A stretch of DNA of 64,000 bases from Mesotaenium endlicherianum. Lineage: Eukaryota. This document shows, in pieces, positions 25,761 through 38,296 of this stretch. The notes beneath the pieces are model-generated. The model did not search any database. It worked only from the letters and a program-made list of their open reading frames with translations, and had not been told where the DNA came from. Both the position numbers and the translations under genes were made by a program. The DNA lies in the NCBI GenBank assembly GCA_009602735.1, contig WELA01001020.1, forward strand, positions 57,392 through 121,391. Reading direction: 5' to 3'. How positions within the stretch are numbered: the stretch's first letter is position 1; each line of letters opens with the position of its first letter.

Positions 25761-26165
25761 ATTGTGACTGAAAATTGATCGGCACAAGGATCTCTTAGAA
25801 GCTTGATCTAGACATCACACTACACGTTTTGTATCGTCAAGTGACAGACGAAACATCTGTAGTACAAGGAACGGAATGATAGCTAATGTCTTCAGTCTGC
25901 AGCCGTGAGTATAAGGCCGTGCGAGAGAAGAAGATTCCAATTTGAGAATCAAATGCTGGTGATGTACTCCGACGTTCCAAAATCCATTGCCGTCGTCCTC
26001 CTGTTTCTTTCTCGATTTCGTGACAGTTTCAGTGAACGCCCACGCGTAGTCGTAAGTTGACAACATGTTAGTATGCAAAAAAAACATTTTTCGTTTTTAG
26101 GCTGAATTAGCTGAAATTTGCACGCGTTTACCATTCCTTCGATCGATATGCGAACCACTTGGAAG

Positions 26166-26695
26166 CAGGCCCCAGGATTCGACAAAAGTCGCGGATTTCG
26201 GGCAATTTCGGAAACATCCTCTGGCCTGCTCTGGGCGACGGTCAGGGTTTCCAGAACATCCGACACAATTTGGTAGGATTTTTTTCAATAATTCTTGCGT
26301 TTGTGTGAAGAAATTCAATATTGACGAATTGTGGTGAATCTGGTAACTTATTTCAACAGGTCTAACGACATTGTACCAAGAATCAATACCATGGCCATCT
26401 CTGTGACATACCCGACCATATATGATGTGATAATTGTCAATATAATACAACTATTGGCGCTTTTGTCGAGGTTGTTGCGCCAAAACTCAATTGTCCGCAT
26501 TCATATACCGCACTGCGTATACCGAACTGCGTCGCAATTGAACACTGCGCTGAAAAAAATCGATGAGGCAGGGATTTTACGCGAAATCGGCTCCTACTGA
26601 CCAGGATTTCTTTTGACGTAATCTAAGATTTTTCAAGATTTTAAAACATCCAAAGAAGCAAATAACATAAAATTTATCTTGAATCCTGGGACCTG
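26166..26695. mobile_element. 530-bp hAT-like MITE with a perfect 8-bp target-site duplication
   Basis: TIRs CAGGCCCCAGGATTC / GAATCCTGGGACCTG (14 of 15 match), flanked by direct repeat CTTGGAAG at 26158-26165 and 26696-26703. No convincing coding capacity. An 8-bp TSD with CAG termini is typical of hAT elements. Confidence 0.88.
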
Positions 26696-27638
26696 CTTGG
26701 AAGTAGTGACCGATAAATTAATGAACAGAAGGTACAAGAAATAGACTGCTTAAAACAAAATTATCGCTTTTATGGCCAAGCCAGTCTCAGTTTATGTGCG
26801 TTCCACGTGTGCCTCTCTCGAATACTAGAAGGCACTTAGGGGTGCTTAGGGGTGCCTCTTTGTGCCTTTTCTGCCAACTTTTCCCATCTTGTGCTGCTCT
26901 TCTACCCAGCATTCGCCTCTTTATGATCGTAAATGGTCGTTCGGACTTGACAGCCACGTGGTTTAGATGCGACACGCAGCACTATGTTCAGTAAAAATTG
27001 TAAAGGTGTGGTACTTTTACCAAATATCGTCCAGTCCCAAATCATGTCCCAGAATCTAGATTGTCGCAACTCGTCCCGACTCCCGAGTACCAAGTTCCAT
27101 ACATTGCCTTACCTTCCCCTCATCATCTCAGATCACCTCACATCCCCACATGCTTCAAAATGGTCAGCTGTTGAAGCCCTTTGTTGACTTTAGCAGATAT
27201 GTTAATGATTTTCACCAATTTTCACAGGTTCTTGTGCACATGTTACTAACCTTTAATAATATACAGACTCGGACGTCAGAAGCCACAGATCAAATGTGCA
27301 GTCGTAATGTCGCCGGTCGCGACATTCGAAGTTGCCAACGAGAAAGTTCAACTTGAAACCAAAGTGCGACAGTTTCCACCCCGCAATGTCGGTGAAGGCA
27401 AAAGAAAGCCATGGAAGCATTAAGCTAGCTATATCTCTCGCTTTACAATGACAGCGATTGTTTCGTTCTTGGAGCGTTGAACATGACTTTGAGCCGAAGT
27501 TAGACGCTGTTTTTATTTCTGCGTTGCTGAAGGCCTTTAAGTCTTGAGATTTTCTGTCAAAGAGTTGGTGTAATGTTGGTTCACTGCTAGAACATAAATA
27601 AGAAGGGACCCGAGTGTCCCCTCGCCTACGTACTAGAG

Positions 27639-30600
27639 ATGGAGCAACTTAAGACATTCGGTCGTGAGCTGGCTATGGGAACTCAGGCTGGATGGGGTTC
27701 TTCCAAGGAGTTCTTAGATCTGGTCAAAGCAATCGGTGAAGCTAAATCGAAGGCTGAGGAGGACCGCATCATGACAGCAGAAATTGAAAACCTGAAGCGC
27801 AAGATAGCAGAGCCTGATGTTCCGAAGAAGAAGATGAAGGAGTACATAATACGCCTTGTATATGTGGAGATGCTGGGACATGATGCTTCATTTGGTTACA
27901 TTCACGCTGTGAAAATGACTCATGATGATAATTTGTTATTGAAAAAGACAGGGTACCTGGCTGTGACCTTGTTCTTAGACGACAACCACGACCTCATCAT
28001 TTTAATTGTGAACACTATCCAGAAAGATTTGAAGTCAGACAATCATCTCATTGTATGTGCGGCTCTTGGAGCCGTCTGCAAGTTGATCAATGAGGAAACT
28101 ATTCCTGCCGTCCTTCCTCAGGTACTCCTTTCGTACTCGGAATTGCTAGGCACGGAGGGATCGGAAGGTCATAGCCGAGCTTGCCCTCAGCAGTTTGGAA
28201 CGACTTTCTGGTTCAGATGAGTGGGGAGACAAGCCCTGCTTTATTCGAAGCAGGGGCTAACCAGCAAGTGAATTTTCTCACAGGGGATGCATGTGCTCGT
28301 TGCTGGCTGGACGCATGCTGAATGTGTACTTAGTGTGAACACCTTGTGGAAGGTCAGAGCTGTTGCTGTGTGTTGACCCATCAGTTGCGAGGGTAGCGAG
28401 CTGGCAATTGAACTCGTGTAGTCGTGAATGCAAGAGTGAGGTGCTGAGTTGCCCTTGTCCTCACACACTCGTTGATGGCGGAGCCGAGTGAGGAGCTCAG
28501 GTGTTGAAGGGTGCTCGCCCCTGCACCCCTGTGCAGTCCCCAGTTGCGCAGTCGGCTGTGCTATCTTCAGCTGTGCTGTGCTATGCTGTGCTGTGCTCGC
28601 CCTGAGCCTGCATGATGTGGTGTGACTCTGATGAAGAGCAGGTCGTGGACCTGCTGACGCATCCCAAGGAGGTAGTGCGCAAGAAGGCAGTGATGGCCTT
28701 GCACCGGTTCTATCAGCGCGCTCCCTCCACCATCAGTCACATCATCCCTCGCTTCCGACAAGTACGTAGCTCCTGTCTCCATTCGAATGTTGACGTGTGT
28801 GACGCGTTGCTAAAGACGACAATCTTTATGATGATGATGTTTGCAGTAGCAAGGCTTCAAGGTGCGTTCATGGAAGAGCTGGCTCGACGGGGAATGCATG
28901 GCCGTGTTTCTCCGTTTCTCTCTCCTCCTCTTGTTCTGCGTTGTTAGCGACCGGATCAGCAGCCTAGGGTCTGGCCTGTCACATTAGGCACGCAGCCGGC
29001 CAAAACCGGTCCTGCCTTCGTACCTGCATGTCTTTCACAGCTCGCCTCATCAGCAAGACACATTCAACCGAGCCACATGCCAGCGCGCCATGTCACGGGG
29101 CCGCGAAGATCCAACAGCCAGTCGAGCATGAGAAACGACCTGTTGTCGAGAAGGATGATTCTGTTCTGGCCTGTCCTCCTCTCCCCTCTCCTGCTCTCCC
29201 TTGACCTCTCATGGCTTCCCTGTCCCGCCCTGTCCTCTCGTGCGCTCTCCTGTCCTCTCATGTCTTCTCATGTCCTCTCCTGTCCTCCCCTATCACTTCC
29301 TGCCCAAAACCGTGTGGTCCTGGCAATCACCTGCCTCCGGGCGACCTCCCTCCCTCCCTCCGCGCTTTTGTGGCAACGGACGGCAACGCCAGGTGCTGTG
29401 CGACAAGGACCCGAGCGTGATGACAGCGTCGCTGTGCGCGCTGTACGAGCTCATTGCCACGGACGCCGCACCCTACAAGAACCTGGTGGGCAGCTTCGTG
29501 AGCATCCTCAAGCAGGTGGCCGAGAGCCGCCTGCCCACGGTGTACAACTACCACAAGACGCCCGCTCCCTTTGTGCAGGTTGGCCTGCCCTTCCTCCCTG
29601 CCTGCCTACCTGCTGCCTGCCTGCCTGTTTCGAACTCCTCGCATGGCTCTCCCTGCCTGCCTGCCTGCCTGCTATTGGCTTGCTCGCCTGCATCTGCACA
29701 CACAGCCTCCTGCCCTTGCCTCGCGTTTCCAGCTCTCTTCATCCTGGCAGCCGTTGAAGTGACTCTTGGCATATTTCACCCATGTTTATGGGTTTCACCA
29801 TGCGGGGGAGAGAGTGAGGGGGGGGGAGGAGAAGACGGAGGGGAGGGGCAGGGGAGGAGGGAAGTAGAAGAGGAGAGATAGGGAGGGAAGGGAGTTAGCA
29901 TGTCTGCAAACTGCTCATTAGCATCTCAGAGGGGGTAGAGTTTAGTTGGGCCCTCATCCAGCGGGCACTTGCAGGCAGACAAAGCCTGCTGATGGCCACC
30001 TCAGCATCCGCAACTGCTACCTCTTGCCTGCACTCTCCCTCTCGCCCCAACTAGACGCTTGCGGGCAGGTCTCTTGCAGTCCTCCTCTGCACTCGTCTAA
30101 TCTGGCCTGGCTTGGTGCGGTCAGCTGTGGTCTGGCAACCGTGTTCCTCTGCTTCCGTCTAGTTCGGCAGGTGTAAGGTGCGGTCTGGTCTGGTCTGGTC
30201 TGGCGACCAGCCGGCCGGCACTTTACTCTGCTGGCATCGGTGCCGTTCCCGGCAATGAACGCAGCCGCCTGCGGCCACAGCTGGTGCAGGGCTGTTGCAG
30301 CCACTGGGAACGCCTTGCGTGGCTGCTCTCGTGCAGGCACGGGTGCAAGCAGGGGGCATGGCCTAAGGGAGAGAAGTCCCTGGCAAGCTGCACGTGCATC
30401 TGCTTGGATGGCTGATGCCCGCCTGCCTGCATGGCTACCTGGCGAGGCTTGCTGGCTCGCTTGCTGAGCGGGTGGGCGGGTGGGAGTCACATTCTCGTGG
30501 GGGTGGAGGAGGATGGGATGGGGTATGGGGATGGGGATGTGATTGCAAGTAGAGCTGGAGGGGGTTACAATCAAGATGACAATGACAGTGATGATGGCCA

Positions 30601-32724
30601 CGGCGATGACGGGGGAGCAGGTGAAGCTGCTGAAGATCCTGGGGCTGCTGGGGGTGAGCGACAAGGGCGCGAGCGAGAGCATGTACGCGGTGCTGGGGGA
30701 CGTGCTGCGCAAGGGCGACACGGGCAGCACCATCGGCAACGCCATCCTGTACGAGTGCATCTGCACCATCACCGCCATCTACCCCAGCGCCAAGCTGCTG
30801 CACACGTGCGCCGAGATCACCTCGCGCTTCCTCAAGGTGCGTCACTGCGTGCCTGTGTGTGTGAGCGTGTGCGATGCGTGCGTGCGTTCTGCGCACGGGC
30901 GCTCTCGCTCGCTCTTTCTTCTCTCTCCCTGCCTTTGCCCGTCCTCTTGCCTGTTCTCTGTGCTGATCGGCCGCTGCTTAGCAGTTGCATCGACATCAAG
31001 CAGCGCAAGACCGGGCAGCCAGCACTTGGTCAGGACCCTTGCAGATGTCATATGGGGGTCACCCACGGAAGACGTTTGAAGCTCGTGCTGACGACTGCTG
31101 CTGCTACTGCTGGGCGCTGGGCGGGCTGGGCTGGACCGAGCTGTATTGGGCGTGGCTGCCGCAGAGCGACAGCCATAACCTCAAGTACATGGGCATCGAC
31201 GCGCTGGGCCGCGTGGTCAAGATCAACGCTGACTACGCCAACGAGCACCAGCTGGCCGTGATTGACTGCCTGGAGGTAGCGCTCCTCCTCCCCTCCCTGC
31301 CCCCGCCGCCCCCTGACTCCCTCCTTGCCCCTTGCCCCATCTGGAACTCCCCCTAGGGTCGCGCATTTGCTCACTCCCATGGTCCCAGCCAGCCTGGGAC
31401 GAAGCCGTTGTCCCTGGCAAGCCCCCACCACCCATCACTCACCACTCATTCCCCACCCCCGCCTTCCCCCCTCTCTTGCAACCTGCAGAAGCAGCAGCAG
31501 AAGCCGCATAAGCTCGGTCTCCTCTGGACGCGCTCAGTTGCACTACTCCGCCGCCTGTGCTTTAAGTTACGCATGAGAAAGGAGAGCGTTCTGGTAGCAC
31601 CTCTGCAGTGGCCGGGTTGGGGCTCTGATGAAGGCCGGAAGGGGGCTCTCGGGGGGGTGGGCGGCGCCGCAGGACCCGGACGACACGCTGAAGCGCAAGA
31701 CGCTGGACCTGCTGTACAAGATGACGAAGCCGGCCAACGTGGGCGTGATCGTGGAGCGCATGATCGCGTACATGCGCACGGTGACGGACGCGCACGGCAA
31801 GGTGGAGATTGCGTCGCGCATCATCGAGTCCGCCGAGCGCTTCGCCCCCAGCACCCACTGGTTCATCCAGGTGACCCCCCTCCCCCCTCCCCCTCCTCCT
31901 CTGCTGCTGCTGCTCCTCCCCCTCTTCCTCTGCTGCTGCTCCCCTGCTGCTGCTCCTGGGCTTTTTGGGCGCACCCCAGCCCCCTCCTTGCTCTTGCCTG
32001 CGCTGCATCCGCCTTTTTCACGTGTGCTAGGGGCGTCCGTGTGCGTGTGTGGTTTTGCGTATGTGTGCGCGTTAGAGAAAGGAAGGGAAGAGGAGGAGGG
32101 GGGGGGGTGTTTGTTTGTGCCTGGCCTGAGCCCACGAGGGAAGCGGATGGGGGCTGCAGCCCAGCTGGGTTGCATGCTTGCCGCATGCAGTGAGCTTGCT
32201 GGTTGGCGACAAGTTGCTGCCAGCTGGACTTTTCTCATTGCCTTTAGAGAAACCGTCAGTCGTTTGGACTGAAATGGTGTGGGCCAGTGGTTGCCGCCGC
32301 TCAAGCCGTGACCTCCGCCTTCTCATCTCTTGCTCTTGGCACACCCGCCTGCCGTCTCCCCCTGTGCTCTCTCAGAAAACGCCCCAGGCCTGCATGGCCG
32401 GCACAGGCGGGCTGCCGTGACGCGCACACACGCATGCACGCACGAGCACGCACGCCAACACGCACCCAGAGACAGGCGCTAACATGGTGCAGCTCGCCTG
32501 TGTGCACCCGTGTTGTCTTCTTGCGCGGCCCGTGCTTGCCGGGGGGGGCAGACGATGAACGCGGTGTTTGAGCTGGCCGGCGACCTAGTGAAGCCCAAGG
32601 TGGCGCACGACCTCATGCGCCTCATTGCCGAGGGCTCCGGGGACGACGACGATGCCGACAACGATATCTCCTCGCGCTCCTCTGCCGTACGTTTGCGTGC
32701 CCAATGCAGTCCTGCTGAGCTCCC

Positions 32725-32782
<58 letters not shown>

Positions 32783-32880
32783 NNNNNNNNNNNNNNNNNN
32801 NNNNNNNNNNNNNNNNNNNNNNNNNNNNNNNNNNNNNNNNNNNNNNNNNNNNNNNNNNNNNNNNNNNNNNNNNNNNNNNN

Positions 32881-32956
<76 letters not shown>

Positions 32957-34419
32957 GTCTGTCCGTCTCACACACACACACACAATTTCCGCATGACCCG
33001 CTTTCACGCTCAGTGCCCATGTGGGCCAGTTTGGCACGCTGGTGCTCCAAAGTGCTGGTCCCTGTGGTCGGACTACTGCTGCTGCCGCTCGTGTTCTGTT
33101 TTGCTCCTGGTGCTCTCAGGATGCCCTTCTCCTTTCCGAGGGGAAGGGGGGAGCTCAAGCCATGACTACAAGAGGGGGGAGTTTAATCTCCTGTCCGCTA
33201 GAAGCAGCGGCCAGCCGCGCTTCAACAGCGCCCTTGTTTGGCCTGTCGTCTTGCGTCAACTTCGTCTCTCTTTGTTCAGCTGAGAGGTTGAGCCTCCCTG
33301 CAGCACACTTGCCCCCCTGCCTCATGGACGCGAGCCGCGTGTAGATATGCGCATCTCAGGGGGTAAAGCCGAACATGGTCCAAGAGCGCTTGAAAAAGCT
33401 TCTATATCACGTAAGATGTGTTAACCACTTTGAGGTGCGATAGACTAAAGGACATGTCACTCGTCTCACAGCAGCGCACTCTTTAAGTGCGCGGCGCAGG
33501 TGTCTGCCTGAAAGAGTGCACGTGTGTGTGCGTGTGCGTGTGCAGGTGGAGTCGTACCTGAAGCTGCTGGAGGAGCCCAAGCTGCCGTCCGTACTCCTCC
33601 AGGTGCCTTTTCCTCGTTAGACCCTCTGCTTTGTTCTCAGTTGCTCCCCCCCCTCCCCCCTGGCCCTCCTGGCTTGCCTGTGAAGTCTGCTCTTTCTCTG
33701 TGGCCCATGTGAGCAGTCTCAACATTGAGTGCTGAGGATGGCTCCAACTGACATATTGGAGTCGTGGTCGTACTGGCTGATGACAGCTGTTCCTGGCACT
33801 CTCTGTCCAGTCACAAGGTTGAGTATCTTGACGCAGATGCTAATTCATAGAGTCGTCGTTTGCCCGCCCAGTGCACTGGTGGTGAGACTGCTGGTGTGGG
33901 ATCCGGAGGGGAGCTTTCCTGTGCCTGCCTGCCTTAGATGGGGGGGAGTGTTGAGTTGAGTGGGTGTCAAGGTCTGGCTGCTGCTGCTTGCAGCGCTGGG
34001 TGAGCCCGGCCAGTCTCGCTTGCATTCATCCTGGGCCACGCTCAATGGCAGACGGGCAGTGAAGAGAAAGGGGGGGGGAGCGGCGGTCGTGGAGGTAGGA
34101 GGGCATCCTGGCCATTTTTCTGCTTACTTGGTGATGGCACTCCCGTGGCCGGCTTCCAGCGTGCACGCACGCGCGCGCGTGCTCTTGCTTCCCAAGGGGG
34201 CCACCGCCCTCCTCTCAGCCAGTCCAGTCCAGTTGGCTCTTCGCTTCCTGCAGGGCAGCGTGCTCGCCAAAGCATCTGCCTGCTCTCTCTCCTCTCTCTC
34301 ACAAGGCCAGGCTTGTCTATTGTGACCGCCCGTTTGCGGCACTCATCGGTGCGTCTGCATGTTGTTCGTGCGTGCGTGTGTGCGGTGCGTGTGGCACGGA
34401 GTGGGGGGGGGGGGGGGGN

Positions 34420-34460
<41 letters not shown>

Positions 34461-37400
34461 GAGCGCAGGTGATCTGCTGGGTGCTGGGCGAGTACGGCAC
34501 GGCGGACGGGCGGCACACGGCGGAGGACATCGTGGCGCGCCTCTGCGAGGTCGCGGAGAGCCACTCGGAGGACGACGTCGTGCGGGTGTGTGCCTTTTTT
34601 TGCGCTCCTCCCCTCTGCCTGCATCTCTATCCATCGCTCCATCGCTCGCTCTCCCTACCCTTGCTCCCCCCGCTGTCCTCCCCCCCCAGGGGGTGTCCTT
34701 GACGCCTGTGCTTCAGCATGGTGGACGTGAGCACATGTGGAACGGAGACGGTGTTTCAGCAGCAGCACTGTGCACGCTAAAGGGCTCAGCCCTGCAGAGT
34801 AAGAACCCGAATTTCTTCTTCTCTCCTGCACGGCATGGGTGCACATGTATGTGTGAGTGCGAGGATGGATGGAGGCCCTGTGCTGAGTAGGACTTCAGGG
34901 TAGGGCAGGGGCATGATGCGAGAGCATGCGTGCTGAAATAGAGATGCTTGTGTTTTTTGGTGTGGGTGCTGTGGGTGCTGCTGTGGGGCCCGGGTTNGCG
35001 CGCGTGCGGCTAGCCCTCACGCTCCCAGAGTGGTGTCCCTCTCAGCTGCACTGCACTGCTCAAGGCCAGGCTGGGCTGTGGCCTGCTGTGATGCGCCTAA
35101 TGTGTGTGCGTGCTCAGCTGGCTTTGCATGAGACGCACACATGCGGGCATGCCAGGTAGTCAGCTCACTCTGGGGCAATCATACCATCAGCAAGCAAGCA
35201 GGGCAGTCCCCCAGGCTCTTTCTGTCTCTCTGCGACAGCTGCCGCTTTGCGCGGGGGCAGGACCCTCCTCCGGCGTGCAAGTTGTGTTTTCTTTTCTTCT
35301 CTTCTGTCCTTGCCTCACTCCTCTCAACTCCTCCTCTTGACACACGGTTATGCGAGCAGCTCAACATATAAAGCAGTGGAAGATGCCCTACAGACACGCC
35401 TTCTTGAGGGGTGTTGCATGGGGGAGGGGGCAAGGGGNNNNNNNNNNNNNNNNNNNNNNNNNNNNNNNNNNNNNNNNNNNNNNNNNNNNNNNNNNNNNNN
35501 NNNNNNNNNNNNNNNNNNNNNNNNNNNNNNNNNNNNNNNNNNNNNNNNNNNNNNNNNNNNNNNNNNNNNNNNNNNNNNNNNNNNNNNNNNNNNNNNNNNN
35601 NNNNNNNNNNNNNNNNNNNNNNNNNNNNNNNNNNNNNNNNNNNNNNNNNNNNNNNNNNNNNNNNNNNNNNNNNNNNNNNNNNNNNNNNNNNNNNNNNNNN
35701 NNNNNNNNNNNNNNNNNNNNNNNNNNNNNNNNNNNNNNNNNNNNNNNNNNNNNNNNNNNNNNNNNNNNNNNNNNNNNNNNNNNNNNNNNNNNNNNNGGGG
35801 GAGTGGGGAGGGGGGGAAGGTCGGAGGGGTAAAAGAGGGTGGGACACTTGGCGGCTCCAGACATGACTCACCTCAAAAGAACGTATCTGGGTGCTTGCTG
35901 ACGTGTCACCTTGGGGGGGTGGTTACCTGTGGGCGTCATCTGCTTCTACGAGAATCGTAGCTAGCCGTCTGGCTGGCTGGCTGAGCGCCTGTGGGAGAGG
36001 AGGGATGCAAGTGGTGACATGAGTGGTTGGGCCCTGGCCCCACCTGTGATAGGCAGTGGGGCAGGCAGGCAGCCAGGCAGGCAGCTTGACACAGCTGCCA
36101 GGCATGTGCATGAACTACCAGTAGCTTGTGATTCAAAGGGGGGCCAACTAGGAGTTGCTTGATGGCGGGCGCAGTGGGGGGAGGGATTCTCAAGTTTGCT
36201 GTTTGGGTGGCCTCCGCAGAAGTGTGGCCTGGCCGCAGTGCCAGCTTTGACTCCGGTTGTGCGTGCGTGTGTGTGGCGTGTTTTGGGGGGTTGGGGGGGG
36301 GGGGGNNNNNNNNNNNNNNNNNNNNNNNNNNNNNNNNNNGGGGGGGGGGGGGGCAGGCACGCGCGCTGGTAGACGAGCTGTGTGCGTCGCCCTCCACAGA
36401 CCTGCAGCAGCGCGCGTATGAGCTGCTGTCGCTGCTGGGCCTGTCACCGGATACTGTGGCAGCCGTGCTGCCGCCAGATGCCAGCTGCGAAGACATTGAG
36501 GTCGGTCTGTCCCTCCTCTTGGGCCTTGAGCACCAGGCCTGGGGGGCGGGGGAGGAGGGCGGTATATTTGGTCTTGTCCACTAGGTGAATATTACTTAGA
36601 AAATGCTGCTGTTTTGCGCTCCCTAGGTCTTGTGCCCTCTTGGTTGGGTACTCCTGTACTGTACTGTTGTGTCAGGGGAGTGTTGCTCACCGATTGATGA
36701 GCGGGTGTGGGGTGTGAGGTTCATCCTTTCTTGCCTGAGGGTTACCATACTTGGTAAGCTTCTGCTGCTTAGGCAGCCCTCTATTCAAATTTGTAAATTG
36801 ACAGGTGGCACCCCCCCCCTCAGCCCTACTGGAGCAGAGTGGTGGTAAGGCTCAACTGCACAGCCGTGTCTAGTTCACCCACACACCCCACCACCCTTCC
36901 TCAGGCATGGACACTCGCATGCACTCGCATGCACCCGCCCGCGCATGTGCACTTACTGCAGGCAAGCTCGCGCTGCTCTTGCATTTCCCACCCACCCCTT
37001 CTGCTCTCTCCCCCCCCCCCGCAGGTGGACAAGGAGTTGTCGTTTCTTGACGCATTTGTGGCCGACGCGCTGGCCAAGGGAGCCAAGCCATACGTGCCAG
37101 AGGAGGAGCGCCTCTCAGGGGGCGCAGCAGGGGGGCTGCTGCCGGGTCTAGCCTCCGACGGGGCGGGGCCAGGTGGCGACGCGGCCCCGGCCGAGCGGTC
37201 CCTGCGCTTTGAGGCGTACGACGCCCCCTCGCTGCCCGCAGCACGGCCGCCCGCCGCCGTCCAGAGGCCGGCTCACCCGTACCACGTCGAGGAGCTGCAG
37301 CCGGGCGGCAGCAGATTGGACGGCGTGTTCCCGTACGGCGGGGGCGGGGCCGCGCCGGAGCTAAGCACCAGCGGCCAGGAGGGGGCCAGGCTGCGGCTGG

Positions 37401-38296
37401 ACGGTGTGCAGAAGAAGTGGGGCAAGCCCACGTATGCGCCAGCCTCCTCCTCCGTTGCCGCCGCCGCCTCCGCTGCCGGCGCCAGTGGCGGCTCTTCCTC
37501 GGCGTTGGCGGCTGCCGCGCCCTCAAGCAGCTCGGGAGACGCCGGACAGTTTTCGGCTGCGGCGGAGGCGCCCTACAAGTTTGTAGACAAGAGGAAGCAG
37601 GCGGCGGTGGCCCAGGTGTCGGCCGAGAAGCAGCGGTTGGCAGCCTCACTGTTTGGCGGCGGTGGTGGCGGCGGCAGCGGGGCCGGTGGGGGAGCAGTGT
37701 CGTTAGGGGACGAGGACAACGTGACAACTGGCGGCCGGGCAGGGCTGAGTCACGGGGGCCGAGCTGGCAGGCCCGGTGCTGGCAGGAGCCACGCGGCCAG
37801 ACCTGGCTCTGCCGCAGCCGCCGCTGCTGCTGCGCCCGCTCCCGCCCCTCCTCCTGATCTTCTTGACCTCCTGGACATGGACGACTCGCCTTCAAGTGGG
37901 GCCCCTGCTGCTGCTTCTGCTGCCGCTATTCCGGGTCCTGCTGTGGACCCTTTCCAGGAGCTGGAAGGGCTGCAGTACGCACCAGCCGGCCCTGCAAATG
38001 GCAGCTCCTCTTCTTCTTCTTCTCTCCCTTCATCTGTGCCAGCAGAGGTACCCCAGGGGGACTTTCTGTCGCATTATAACGACATGGGTGTCCCCGGCAC
38101 ACACAGAGCGAGCTCTTTGCTGGGAGAGTTAGGGACGGGTTCCCTTCTGCAAGAGGACACAGCAGCAGCAGCTGCCAAGTTGGGAGCTTCCGCCGGAAAA
38201 GAGGCTCTCCTTCGAGATGCTGTGTCCAGGCAGGCAGGTGTGATTACGCGATCTGGAGGTGCCAACCCGGTGCTTTTTAAGGACATAGCTAGGTAG
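27639..38296 (+). CDS. AP4E1: AP-4 adaptor complex subunit epsilon
   Basis: Exons 27639-28121, 28642-28761, 29393-29578, 30621-30836, 31165-31275, 31673-31870, 32552-32686, 33546-33602, 34469-34585, [one exon probably lost in an N gap], 36357-36500, 37025-38296. Motifs: SKEFLDLVKAIGEAKSKAEEDRI, RLVYVEMLGHDASFGYIHAVKMTH, YNYHKTPAPFVQ, IGNAILYECI, HNLKYMGIDAL, DCLEDPDDTLKRKTLDLL, ICWVLGEYG, STDLQQRAYEL, DASCEDIEVD, LRFEAY, LRLDGVQKKWG, EKQRLAASLFGG, NPVLFKD. Confidence 0.95.

Noticed and set aside
35179..35960. ORFs spanning N runs
   Set aside because: Artefacts of assembly gaps, which here consistently sit at G/C homopolymers or (CT)n arrays.
36870..37895. 341-aa minus-strand ORF
   Set aside because: Antisense shadow of the GC-rich last AP4E exon.
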